DNA from: a virus
DNA length: 64,000 nt
Reading direction: 5' to 3' (one strand)
Virus record (IMG/VR): IMGVR_UViG_3300023174_000078
Span: 1-64,000 of that record
This document shows, piece after piece, positions 27,149 through 36,529 of this stretch (the stretch's first letter is position 1; the number at the start of each line of letters is the position of its first letter). Both the position numbers and the translations under genes were made by a program. A model generated the notes under the pieces. The model did no database searches, had not been told where the DNA came from, and worked only from the letters and a program-made list of their open reading frames with translations.

Positions 27149-28789
27149 ATGTCAACAGAACTTACAAAGAAACGCAGAGGTCGCCCACCGGGCTCCGCCA
27201 AAAAAGTTGCAGACCAAGAATCGTCTGTAGAATCTTTAGTAGATAACGATGTTATTGAGAGTCCGCCAGCGCAAATGGCTGGTGCTAATATTGATTATGG
27301 TTTTCACTTTTTAGATAGTGAAGAAGACTATGGTGATAAATTTAAAATTGCTTTAGACGGTGCTGTTTCTTCTAGAAAGAATCAAAGCGTAAGTTTCAAG
27401 AAAATGTCTGAAATACAGGAAGGCTTTGCTTTTCCATTTCGCCACTTCTTACTTCAGTACGCTGTAGGCCAGTATGGTATCCCTTCTCAAAAAATTATAG
27501 ATATTATTGGGGCAGAAGGCATCGGGAAGTCCACCTTGGTTATGGACATGTTGGGTAGTGCCATGGACGTTGGTTGTCCTGCGCTCTACATTGAATGCGA
27601 GTCCAAGCAAATTCCAGCGTCACGTGTTATGCGCGCGCTGCATCCCAGCATTACCCGGGCTTATAAAATGCTTAATCGCTTACGTGTAGAGCCGGTGAAC
27701 TCACTGGATCACATGTGGCAAGCGATGAAAGATTTCGTGTATATAGCTAGAGGCACAAAAGGAACAAAGGATACGCCGCGAGTTCCTATGCACGTACCTA
27801 TTGTCATCGCAGTAGACCCGTGGTCAAAATTGTTAAATCCTGACGAAGCTGCCGGGTTTTACAACTACGGCGATAACATGTCTGATGCTAAGAAGAAGAA
27901 ATTCAAAGAGATCAGTGAGGGCTCAAACCTTGGTCATGCCAAGTGGGCTCATAAGTGGTGTCGTCTTCTTCCTGCATTTCTTAAACAGTACAACGTTGTG
28001 TTGATTGTAGTAAATCATCAAAACGATAAGATTGATATGGGTGGTAGCGCGCCCTCCTTCATGTCGCCTGAGACTAGTGCTCTATATAATAAGACTACTC
28101 TAGGGGGTAAAGCATTACGTCAAAACACTGCACTGACTTTAATTTTGTCGCGCAAAGGACTGGCTAAAAATGGTTCCGGGGACATTACTGGAAATTTGAT
28201 TACTTGTCGTGTAGCCAAGAACTCTCTTGGTCCTGGTGATATTAAATTTCACTATGAACTTCGTTCCGGGCATTACAATGATACTTTGACGCATATGGAT
28301 TCCGCAATCAATTTTAACATTGGTTTTGCCGCTATGTGTGCTGAGCAGAAATGGATGAGTACATCCGTGAAAGGCTCCAAGTTCTCCAGCCCGGTGCTAG
28401 GAGTTACTGAAGTATCAGCTGATGAGTTTTGTGAAGCATTTGATGCTAATCAGGCAGTGAAATTTAATCTTGGTAAACAGCTTGGTATTAATGGTTATGT
28501 TGATGTTGTTGATAATATTAAATCGATGATAGAAAAGAATTATCACGCTGAACATGATGACTCTGTTGAATCTGAAATTGAATTAGGTACGCAACTTGAT
28601 CTCGAAGCGCTGGAAGCTTTGCGACAAAAGATGGAACAAGGTAACGGCTTTAGTTTACCTGAATTACCTGAAGAAACCGATACCGTTCCGGAAGAAGATG
28701 AAGAAGCTGCGCATCTGATGTCTGTAATTGAAGATATAGATACTAATCAAGAAAACAATAGTGAGGACCTCCCAACCCAAGACGAATGA
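27149..28789 (+). CDS. recA: RecA/UvsX-like recombinase with N-terminal AT-hook-like motif and acidic tail
   Basis: GIPSQKIIDIIGAEGIGKST, YIECE, IAVD, VVNHQ, GGKAL, VAKN; KRRGRPPG. Confidence 0.88.
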   Translation: MSTELTKKRRGRPPGSAKKVADQESSVESLVDNDVIESPPAQMAGANIDYGFHFLDSEEDYGDKFKIALDGAVSSRKNQSVSFKKMSEIQEGFAFPFRHFLLQYAVGQYGIPSQKIIDIIGAEGIGKSTLVMDMLGSAMDVGCPALYIECESKQIPASRVMRALHPSITRAYKMLNRLRVEPVNSLDHMWQAMKDFVYIARGTKGTKDTPRVPMHVPIVIAVDPWSKLLNPDEAAGFYNYGDNMSDAKKKKFKEISEGSNLGHAKWAHKWCRLLPAFLKQYNVVLIVVNHQNDKIDMGGSAPSFMSPETSALYNKTTLGGKALRQNTALTLILSRKGLAKNGSGDITGNLITCRVAKNSLGPGDIKFHYELRSGHYNDTLTHMDSAINFNIGFAAMCAEQKWMSTSVKGSKFSSPVLGVTEVSADEFCEAFDANQAVKFNLGKQLGINGYVDVVDNIKSMIEKNYHAEHDDSVESEIELGTQLDLEALEALRQKMEQGNGFSLPELPEETDTVPEEDEEAAHLMSVIEDIDTNQENNSEDLPTQDE

Positions 28790-29192
28790 TCATAGGCTGA
28801 TTACTCACATTGCTAAGCACTTTAAACTGGATCCTACGGATTATGATAATCTAGAGGATTTGTTTTCTGCGCTTGATGCAATGTGGGCTTCTCCGCCCTT
28901 GGCTCTTCGTGATTTGTTGTGCGTCTACGAGACGTTTCCTGTATTTGGTGAATTTATGTTTCCGAAGGGCAAAAGTTACTTGTGGCAATTGATTGAATCT
29001 ACGGATTCGCCTATGTTACTAACTGATGCACTTATTTCCGGTAAAGACGGTTTGTTTATTTGCCAGGCCGTGGCTACCGAAAAGGTGGCGACAGAAGCAG
29101 AAAGAATTCTTTCTAAATTAACTAATCCGACGATGTGTATTAATCATCGCCATGGCGTGACTGCCTTGCTTTATCCTTTAAATTCTTTATAG
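28761..29192 (+). CDS. Hypothetical protein
   Basis: ORF packed in operon (GTG start). Confidence 0.6.
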   Translation: MRTSQPKTNDHRLITHIAKHFKLDPTDYDNLEDLFSALDAMWASPPLALRDLLCVYETFPVFGEFMFPKGKSYLWQLIESTDSPMLLTDALISGKDGLFICQAVATEKVATEAERILSKLTNPTMCINHRHGVTALLYPLNSL

Positions 29193-29650
29193 TGGAAAAT
29201 ATGTCTTCAAATACGGAGTGTATCAATGGGTGGATCGAGTTATTGCATTTTAAAACCGATCCAAGGCAGATACATCTAGCTAAGCCATTTGTTAAAGATA
29301 CTGATTCTTTGGAGAATTTCAAAGAAGAGCATTATCAAATGGTTGGCAGCCACATACCCCTTTGCGAATACTACTCCGCGATTGAAGTGTACAAACAATT
29401 TGTTGTACCAGTAGATAAAGAATTCAACATACCAAGACCTTTAGGTAATTTCGATGCTATGAATTTATGTATGCGAGATCCTAAGTTTGGTAGAAAACTT
29501 TTGACATTTATATTTTACCCTAAAAAATTACACCATTCTGTTAAATTCAGAGAACAGCGAGTGCAATACCATCCTGATTACCCGCATGCGCTGTTAATTA
29601 GAAAAGAACCATTTAGATCTTTTATAAGAAAATCTGAAGAATCATCTTAA
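29192..29650 (+). CDS. Hypothetical protein
   Basis: ORF packed in operon. Confidence 0.65.
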   Translation: MENMSSNTECINGWIELLHFKTDPRQIHLAKPFVKDTDSLENFKEEHYQMVGSHIPLCEYYSAIEVYKQFVVPVDKEFNIPRPLGNFDAMNLCMRDPKFGRKLLTFIFYPKKLHHSVKFREQRVQYHPDYPHALLIRKEPFRSFIRKSEESS

Positions 29651-30192
29651 TGTTGAACCAAAACTACTCCATCATTGCTTTCCTCAAAGAAACTGATGAT
29701 GGAGTTTCCTTCCCATTTCTTCCAGAGCAAATCTGGGATGACTGCTACGATATATATTGTATTAACTACGATACAATTGGTCCTGACACTGAAAAAATGG
29801 ATGCGGCTAGTACAGTTATTCATATACCTGCGTGTGATGTCGACAAACAAGGTAATATAGCTGACATCCTAGCCTCTTTAATTCATTCAGACGGTATGGA
29901 TCAAAGAAAAGTATTTACAGTGCATCCTAATAATATACTTCTTCCTATTTATAAGTGGTACCTGTTAAGGCATGGTGTTACTATGTTTAACGTCGAGCAA
30001 TTCGTACAGCGTTTGTCACGGGTTACCGTGGACATATGTGATGCGTTTCACAAACCCGCTATTCTTACGCTTGACCGCAGGCAAAATTTTAATTATAAAA
30101 CTATAGCTAGGTGGTTGAACTTTAATCCTGAAGGTACCACCAAGAAAGATCAGTGTCTGAGTACTTTAAGATATATATGTCATCGATTGTAA
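29650..30192 (+). CDS. Hypothetical protein
   Basis: TAATG overlap with upstream ORF. Confidence 0.65.
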   Translation: MLNQNYSIIAFLKETDDGVSFPFLPEQIWDDCYDIYCINYDTIGPDTEKMDAASTVIHIPACDVDKQGNIADILASLIHSDGMDQRKVFTVHPNNILLPIYKWYLLRHGVTMFNVEQFVQRLSRVTVDICDAFHKPAILTLDRRQNFNYKTIARWLNFNPEGTTKKDQCLSTLRYICHRL

Positions 30193-31847
30193 AGCCAGCT
30201 AGAGAGTCAAAGATTAACATGGATGCGCTGAAAGGCGGATATTCACAATTACCGAACGCCTTGAGTGTTATGGGGTTTTCCCAGTTACGCGAAGGGCAAG
30301 AACCTGTGATTGTAAATATTATGGCCCAACGGGATACGCTATGTATTCTTCCGACCTCTACGGGTAAAACCGCGTGCTTTGTGATTCCGACGTTATGCCT
30401 TGGTTGGCGAGCAATTGTATTCTCGCCCCTGGTCGCGCTTATGCGCGATCAGGTCCAAAGCCTAAATGCTAAAGGAATCAAAGCGCAGGCGTTATCCTCT
30501 ATGCAGACAGACGCGGAAAACCAGGCAGTTATTAAACGCTGGGCCGCAGGTGAACTGCAGTTCATTTATGTAGCGCCAGAGAGACTACACAACGAAGCAT
30601 TTAGAGACGCCATGATGCGTGTACCGCCAGACATGGTAGTCATGGACGAGGCACACTGTTTATCGCAGTGGTCTGATAATTTTAGATCGAGCTATTGTTT
30701 GGTCGGTGATTTTATCAGAGAGAAGAACCCTAAGGTTGTAGCCGCCTTTACAGCTACATGTCCGGATGAAGTAGAGCATGACATACGCCGTGTTCTATAT
30801 CTTGAAAACGCACAAAAAATTTCTTATTACCCTAGAAGAACCAATCTTCATTTAAAGAGTGAAAACATGATTAGCGAAATGCAGATCGCGGATTTTATTT
30901 CCGGCGTCGATGGTCCTGTTATTGTTTACTGCGCTACGATTAATAGAGTGGAGCAGACAGCCAAACAGTTAATGTCCGCTTTACGTGAAGATGTAATTAT
31001 TTTTCATGGAGAATTGTCACCTACAGACAAGCGTGTTAATCAGGACATGTTCATGAATGACAAAATTCGTGTCATGGTGGCGACAAATGCGTTTGGTATG
31101 GGTGTGGATAAAGGCAACATCAGAGGTGTTGTTCATAGAGATATTCCAGGCTCGCTGGAGGCGCTAGCGCAAGAAGTAGGACGCGCTGGGCGTGACGGTA
31201 AAGACTCTGTTTGTATGACATTCTATTCCCCGGATAGTTACAACACACAGAAGTTTTTTATTGAGTGTAGCTATCCTTCGCAGTCTGAAATTAATGCTGT
31301 GATGCGTGTCTTGAATTTGGCAGCGGATAGTAACGGCGTTTCGCAGCTTACCATTAATGATATAGCTAAAAAGACTAATTTGTTTAGCCGTAAAGTTCCT
31401 GCTATTCTTGAAGTTCTAAAAGCTAATAAGATTATAGAGCGCGAGAAAAACGGCGAGAAGATAGCTAAAATCAGGCTGGACGAGAATACTCCTGAAGACG
31501 ATTCCAGATTTGAATTATGGTGGAATACTATTTTAGAGTATGGTATTGAAGAAGATGGTTTCTTTAATATAGATTTAAATTGGTTCGCTGATCATATAGG
31601 CTTGGGGTATCAGACTATTACTAATCATTTTAAGAAGTGGGATGACCAGTCTGTAATTCGTTTCATTCCGCCATATAGAGGTTCAGCAACCAGAATTACA
31701 GGCTCTGTAAATCAAATTGACTTTGATCGGCTATCTGCTAAAGCAGCAGGAGCACACGCCAAGTTGGATCAAGTATTGGGCTATCTTAAAACTCCTGATA
31801 ATGATAAGCATAGTTATTTAGAAAAATATTTTCAAGTTAATAATTAA
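30177..31847 (+). CDS. recQ: RecQ-family DNA helicase
   Basis: LPTSTGKT, SPLVALMRDQV, YVAPERL, DEAHCLSQW..FR, TAT, ATNAFGMGVDK, QEVGRAGRDG. Confidence 0.95.
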   Translation: MSSIVKPARESKINMDALKGGYSQLPNALSVMGFSQLREGQEPVIVNIMAQRDTLCILPTSTGKTACFVIPTLCLGWRAIVFSPLVALMRDQVQSLNAKGIKAQALSSMQTDAENQAVIKRWAAGELQFIYVAPERLHNEAFRDAMMRVPPDMVVMDEAHCLSQWSDNFRSSYCLVGDFIREKNPKVVAAFTATCPDEVEHDIRRVLYLENAQKISYYPRRTNLHLKSENMISEMQIADFISGVDGPVIVYCATINRVEQTAKQLMSALREDVIIFHGELSPTDKRVNQDMFMNDKIRVMVATNAFGMGVDKGNIRGVVHRDIPGSLEALAQEVGRAGRDGKDSVCMTFYSPDSYNTQKFFIECSYPSQSEINAVMRVLNLAADSNGVSQLTINDIAKKTNLFSRKVPAILEVLKANKIIEREKNGEKIAKIRLDENTPEDDSRFELWWNTILEYGIEEDGFFNIDLNWFADHIGLGYQTITNHFKKWDDQSVIRFIPPYRGSATRITGSVNQIDFDRLSAKAAGAHAKLDQVLGYLKTPDNDKHSYLEKYFQVNN

Positions 31848-31875
31848 ATATGAATTAGGAGTTACCCCTGCCTGC
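31831..31875 (+). repeat. 45-bp direct repeat, copy 1
   Basis: 43/45 identical to 32099-32143. Confidence 0.92.
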
Positions 31876-31884
31876 AGTTTTAAC

Positions 31885-32115
31885 ATGAACTATCCGTATC
31901 CCAAAAAAGCAATTATTAAATATGTAAATGCATATAAAGATGGCGGTACAAAACAATTTGAAGTACTTAATAGTGAAGAGATTGGAATTAAACACATCTT
32001 CCAGGACTTTAGATTGCATTCAACATCGCAAGGAAAATTTTTCACTGATTATCCGGGAGGAAGTGCTTCAGTTGAAATTATAGATGCATTCATTAATATT
32101 CAAGTTAATAATTAA
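31885..32115 (+). CDS. Hypothetical protein between the 45-bp direct repeats
   Basis: 76 aa, ends in QVNN* exactly like recQ. Confidence 0.7.
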   Translation: MNYPYPKKAIIKYVNAYKDGGTKQFEVLNSEEIGIKHIFQDFRLHSTSQGKFFTDYPGGSASVEIIDAFINIQVNN

Positions 32116-32143
32116 ATATGAATCAGGAGTTACCCCCGCCTGC
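32099..32143 (+). repeat. 45-bp direct repeat, copy 2
   Basis: TTCAAGTTAATAATTAAATATGAATCAGGAGTTACCCCCGCCTGC. Confidence 0.92.
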
Positions 32144-32528
32144 CCAAAGAGCGTTTAAGCTACTCAGTAGTTTACCGCCGCTTACAGACGCAATTACATC
32201 TGTCACACACAGTCCCTGCGTTGCGTGTGGTAGACCAAAGCATCTTACGGATTTCAAAATTTACAATTCCGGTGTCGTCGATAATGTGATGGAGCCGATT
32301 TGTAAACTCTGCATAGGGGCCTATACGGAGTGTGCTAAATTCGTGTGCTGTAAGTGTAAAATGGTTATGGGTTGGGTGGACCCGCATAAAGATAGCGATG
32401 GTTTTATATTTGAAAAAAAACAGTCTTACCACATTCAGGCTTGCCCTAATTGTACTCCTGGGTTATTGAAAGCCGACTTGATAGAAAAAATTATTTACCT
32501 ACAACGCAAACAAAAAGGACTTTTATGA
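32118..32528 (+). CDS. Zinc-finger protein
   Basis: Four CxxC pairs: CVAC, CKLC, CCKC, CPNC. Confidence 0.75.
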   Translation: MNQELPPPAQRAFKLLSSLPPLTDAITSVTHSPCVACGRPKHLTDFKIYNSGVVDNVMEPICKLCIGAYTECAKFVCCKCKMVMGWVDPHKDSDGFIFEKKQSYHIQACPNCTPGLLKADLIEKIIYLQRKQKGLL

Positions 32529-33115
32529 GTAATACCACAGTATCCAGCATCCCAGCTCCCGGGGCTTTGACTAAACCAAAGCGTGAGAATATTAAGAAAA
32601 CAGAAGCTTTCAGTATGAAGCCACCGGTGGTGGAAGCTGATCCTGATGGCGGCGATAACCACAAGTATCTATGTAAATTTGTGTCAAATAATTACCGCGA
32701 GGTAAAACAAGTTTGTACATTCGATGTCTGGAAAAGATGCGAAGGCAGACAGACTCCAGGCAAAGTACGAGACGGCCTAGATTCCCGGCTTCATAACGAC
32801 TTTGTGATTATCCAAGATAAGGAGGGGAAAGTAATTGATGTTGATGTCATTCCTAAAACTTATTATACTAGCCGTGCCGTTCTGCCTGATTATCTACAAG
32901 ACAAGCACGATATAATTATAAAAGTCAATACCAAGACAGGAGGTGTTGAGGTTACGCAGTGTCCTGCTGGTGTGACTAAATCTAACATTTTGAAGCTTAT
33001 TAATTCTTTGGATGCGGTAACAGCCGTGTCCACAGGTGACACACTGCCAGGAGGATTTGAAGTTTTGAATGTATCTGGTAATCAGATTTCTGTTGTTTCT
33101 ACGGCTCGCAGTTAG
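32525..33115 (+). CDS. Hypothetical protein
   Basis: ATGA overlap with upstream gene. Confidence 0.7.
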   Translation: MSNTTVSSIPAPGALTKPKRENIKKTEAFSMKPPVVEADPDGGDNHKYLCKFVSNNYREVKQVCTFDVWKRCEGRQTPGKVRDGLDSRLHNDFVIIQDKEGKVIDVDVIPKTYYTSRAVLPDYLQDKHDIIIKVNTKTGGVEVTQCPAGVTKSNILKLINSLDAVTAVSTGDTLPGGFEVLNVSGNQISVVSTARS

Positions 33116-33136
33116 TTTGTAATACAACGTTCTGTT

Positions 33137-33154
33137 GTGTTATAAATAATTGTG
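33137..33154 (+). promoter_or_regulatory. Degenerate copy of the promoter-like motif
   Basis: GTGTTATAAATAATTGTG, 14/18 match. Confidence 0.5.
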
Positions 33155-33355
33155 GACCGCTCACATATTATCACCACCGCCACAGGTGCAGTTACTCTCG
33201 CAGTAGCTGCACCTGTTTTAATTTCTATGGTCGGAATAATTTCTATATTATGGCCAGTGATTCCTATTTTGGCTGTTGGTTCCATGTGGGCTGCAGCTAG
33301 CAAACCAGCAAATAGCAACAACAATGCCAACAACACAAAAAGCGAACGCGCCTAA
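33152..33355 (+). CDS. Small hydrophobic membrane protein (start uncertain)
   Basis: Hydrophobic stretch AVAAPVLISMVGIISILWPVIPILAVG. Confidence 0.5.
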   Translation: MDRSHIITTATGAVTLAVAAPVLISMVGIISILWPVIPILAVGSMWAAASKPANSNNNANNTKSERA

Positions 33356-34235
33356 CACAGCGCAACAACCTATTGTAGAGACTGTGCTCGCGCACAGCCC
33401 TCTGATGATAGGAGGTAAGGTGCAGCAGGAATGCTGGGCCAATTTCGGCGTATCCTTCCATACGCAGCGCGGTCAGGCGCATCTCCAGGCAGGGCAATTT
33501 CTGCCTATATGGGAGCTCCGCTCAGGGCGCTGGCAATACCGTACACCTGCACAGATTAGCATTGTATCGGCGTTTGTCATGAACAGTCGGTACATGATTC
33601 GTGGGGGGGATGCCAAATTATCCTCTCATCCGGAGGTTAATGAGTGGGAAGGCGCTAGCCCTGTGAAGGGGCAGTCGTCGGAACTTCGTCAGCCGGGCGG
33701 TGTTCGCCGCCTTAATCCCAGCAACCTACCGGTCATAGCCACAAATGCCAGTAATTATGAATCTCGCGCTACAACGGCCAGAGCGTTTCATGATCACTTC
33801 GGCAAGTCTGCGCTGTACGAAGGGTGTCCGCTAGTATTAGCATGCCGGGCGGATGTTACTCCTGAAGTAGACATTGGGCGTAATATTCCCATGTTGGACC
33901 TTATCCGGCAGGACACTATCTCTGGGTATGTGCTCCCGCTACCAATAGTGGCGTCCAACGAAGAGGAAGTCGTACTGAAGGATTATCCGCAGAATTGGAT
34001 AAAGGCCGCCATCGAATTCTTGGATTTGTACAGCATTACTGAAGTCGGTATTTGGTACAAAACGCAAGGGGACGATATTGTTGATACGGTCAGCAGCGCT
34101 AGACCTAAGGAGGTTTATCGTAACGCTATTAACAAAAAAGATCTGGGGTTCAGTACACTGGATCCAGATTTGTACGAACGGATGCTGCCGTTCGCTACAG
34201 GTAAGCTGGATCTAGACATGCTACCGCAGGCCTAG
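33324..34235 (+). CDS. Hypothetical protein
   Basis: About 303-aa ORF followed by a terminator. Confidence 0.75.
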   Translation: MPTTQKANAPNTAQQPIVETVLAHSPLMIGGKVQQECWANFGVSFHTQRGQAHLQAGQFLPIWELRSGRWQYRTPAQISIVSAFVMNSRYMIRGGDAKLSSHPEVNEWEGASPVKGQSSELRQPGGVRRLNPSNLPVIATNASNYESRATTARAFHDHFGKSALYEGCPLVLACRADVTPEVDIGRNIPMLDLIRQDTISGYVLPLPIVASNEEEVVLKDYPQNWIKAAIEFLDLYSITEVGIWYKTQGDDIVDTVSSARPKEVYRNAINKKDLGFSTLDPDLYERMLPFATGKLDLDMLPQA

Positions 34236-34241
34236 GTCAGC

Positions 34242-34276
34242 AAAGAGCTCGCGGATAACTACCGCGCCTCTTTTTT
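34242..34276 (+). terminator. Rho-independent terminator
   Basis: AAAGAG..CGCGG/CCGCG..CTCTTT followed by T-run. Confidence 0.65.
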
Positions 34277-34328
34277 ATCTATCAGGTTTTGCTTTTTTTT
34301 AGATATCAAGTAAATTATCTTATACCAT

Positions 34329-35516
34329 ATGCAGAAAAATATTGAGCCAGAAGAAGAATTACCCAAAGGCGTCATACTGCGCGACTTTGATGACTTCAAT
34401 ACATTACGCAATCAAATTTTTGATGGTGTAAAAAGTTCTATGATCAAATCATTTCCTGTTAACTATGGAAGTGTAAGAATGGAATTACATGACGTGGATT
34501 ACGATGATCGAGATGACGTGCCTGTGTCCCAGCAGAAACAAATGCTGCTGGAAAATAAGTACATAACTAAAAAGTTAAGAGGTACGGTAAAACTATTCGA
34601 TAACACTAATGATCAGCTGCTTGAAGAGAAACGGTTGTCATTAATGAAGGTACCTTACCTGACCAACCGGGGGACCTTTATCCATGGAGGTAATGAGTAC
34701 GCATCGATCATGCAATCCCGGCTCCTCCCCGGAGTGTACACACGTAGACAAGCTAACGGAGAACTTGAAACACAGTTTAACGTTAAACCTGGTACTGGTG
34801 TAGGATTTCGTGTTGGCTTTGAGCCCGAAACAACGCAGTACAGAGTAAAGATTTCACAAGCCAACTTGCACCTGTATAGTCTATTAAAAGATTTAGGTAC
34901 TAATGATAAAGAATTAGAGAAAGCTTGGGGTCCAGAAATTTTCCGCGCTAACCAAATGAAATATGATGCGCGCGTATTTGATAAAGCATATGACCGCCTT
35001 GTTCCAGCACGTCAAAAGAAATTGGATAAATCAAGAGAAGATAAAATGACGTCTGTTCGTAACGCCTTAGAAGCTGCACAGATTCATGCACGTGTGGCGC
35101 AGAAAAACCTACCTAATATGTTTGATCCGAAGGTAGCCTCTCAGTGGGAAGCTCAATGGCAGGGTAAACAAGCAGCTGAAAAAGTTATTGATGAAATGCC
35201 TTTTAATCCTGACTTAGAGCCAGAGGAGGTTTATGAGAATTATTTTGATCCTGATGCTGAAGTTAAATCAGCAGCAGACATGCATGCATTAATGCAGGCG
35301 CGTAGACACAGTGCGCAGGCTAAAGAAGAGTATAAAAAGAAGACAGCTATTATGGCAGCAGCTTTAGCCAGATATCCTGATGAATTTATTGTAGATCAGG
35401 ATGGACGTATGTCAGGTATTGTTCATTTACCTACAGGTTTCCGTATCCACGTTCCCAGGGAAGTCATACCTGCCAAAGTAAAACGTGTATTTCAGGAGGT
35501 AGAAGACGATGAATAA
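34329..35516 (+). CDS. rpoB: RNA polymerase beta subunit, N-terminal piece with appended C-terminal domain
   Basis: LRGTVKL...LMKVPYLTNRGTFIHGGNEY..IMQSRLLPGVY resembles the RpoB GTFvINGtERViVSQlhRSPGVf motif. Confidence 0.85.
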   Translation: MQKNIEPEEELPKGVILRDFDDFNTLRNQIFDGVKSSMIKSFPVNYGSVRMELHDVDYDDRDDVPVSQQKQMLLENKYITKKLRGTVKLFDNTNDQLLEEKRLSLMKVPYLTNRGTFIHGGNEYASIMQSRLLPGVYTRRQANGELETQFNVKPGTGVGFRVGFEPETTQYRVKISQANLHLYSLLKDLGTNDKELEKAWGPEIFRANQMKYDARVFDKAYDRLVPARQKKLDKSREDKMTSVRNALEAAQIHARVAQKNLPNMFDPKVASQWEAQWQGKQAAEKVIDEMPFNPDLEPEEVYENYFDPDAEVKSAADMHALMQARRHSAQAKEEYKKKTAIMAAALARYPDEFIVDQDGRMSGIVHLPTGFRIHVPREVIPAKVKRVFQEVEDDE

Positions 35517-36126
35517 TATTGATAAATTAAATTTATCTTTAGGGCTGGTTAAACAGGCCTTTTTAAAAAGATTAACTAAAATGTTTAAACCTTCACTTAG
35601 TGATTTAATGAAGGCTAGAAGAGGCATGCATATGACAAGTAATCCTTTCGATGCTTATTTTGAATTTAGTCATCGTTATGCAAAACAGCATGGTATCGAC
35701 ACATCTGATATTCCTGATGATGTTATGGCAAAGTTTAAAGATGCAGTTTTTAACAACCATGGCGTTTATTTACCTCAATACAAACTAGGATATATAAGTA
35801 GAAAAAATAAGGCTAATCTTGAAGCATTTGTTAGAACAAAGCGGCATGAACTAATTCATGGTATACAACATTCTTTACCTTTTATGCGGTCTACTTTGGC
35901 TGGTAAAGTAAACAAAATTCCTTTTATAGGTAAAAGATTTGGTGCTTTGGCTGATGAATTAGAAGCGCATGCTTATCAAGATCCTAAATATAAGTTGGGA
36001 GGAATCAGACGTTTTAATCACGCATTACCTTCATATATAGCCTCACATAAAGATACTCCGGAAGAATTAGGTTTTAAATTATACGATAAAGCTAGAACGA
36101 TGTGGCCATTAAATAAATATGAATAA
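35509..36126 (+). CDS. Putative zinc metallopeptidase-like protein
   Basis: RHELIH (HExxH) plus downstream DELEAH. Confidence 0.5.
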   Translation: MNNIDKLNLSLGLVKQAFLKRLTKMFKPSLSDLMKARRGMHMTSNPFDAYFEFSHRYAKQHGIDTSDIPDDVMAKFKDAVFNNHGVYLPQYKLGYISRKNKANLEAFVRTKRHELIHGIQHSLPFMRSTLAGKVNKIPFIGKRFGALADELEAHAYQDPKYKLGGIRRFNHALPSYIASHKDTPEELGFKLYDKARTMWPLNKYE

Positions 36127-36529
36127 TTCAGAATTCATTCCAGATTATAAACCTGAAGATATTCAGGATGCCTACAATGCCATTTACGGTCACTACGGTC
36201 CCCGGTTAGCATCTATGGATAAATGGCCTTCTGAATGGATTAAAAGTGATGTCGATCCTATGGGCTGGTTGCAATGGTACGAGCAGTATAAAGCAGGACG
36301 TAGATCAGAAGATGATGACAGACAGATTAAAAGGTGGAAGTCTTTTAAAGCTAGACATGGTTCTCAGTTCAAAAAGAATCCAACACCTCGCCGTGCTTTT
36401 GCGTTACGTAACTGGGCTATTGATCCTCTGAAAATAATTGAGGATGAAGAAGCGCGTGGACAATTAGCTGAAGCTATGGAAAATTATAAACAGAAAGCTT
36501 GGGATAAATATAATAAAGAAAAAGCATGA
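36119..36529 (+). CDS. Trp-rich hypothetical protein
   Basis: DPMGWLQWY..Y..GRRS.DDDRQIKRW motif. Confidence 0.75.
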   Translation: MNNSEFIPDYKPEDIQDAYNAIYGHYGPRLASMDKWPSEWIKSDVDPMGWLQWYEQYKAGRRSEDDDRQIKRWKSFKARHGSQFKKNPTPRRAFALRNWAIDPLKIIEDEEARGQLAEAMENYKQKAWDKYNKEKA

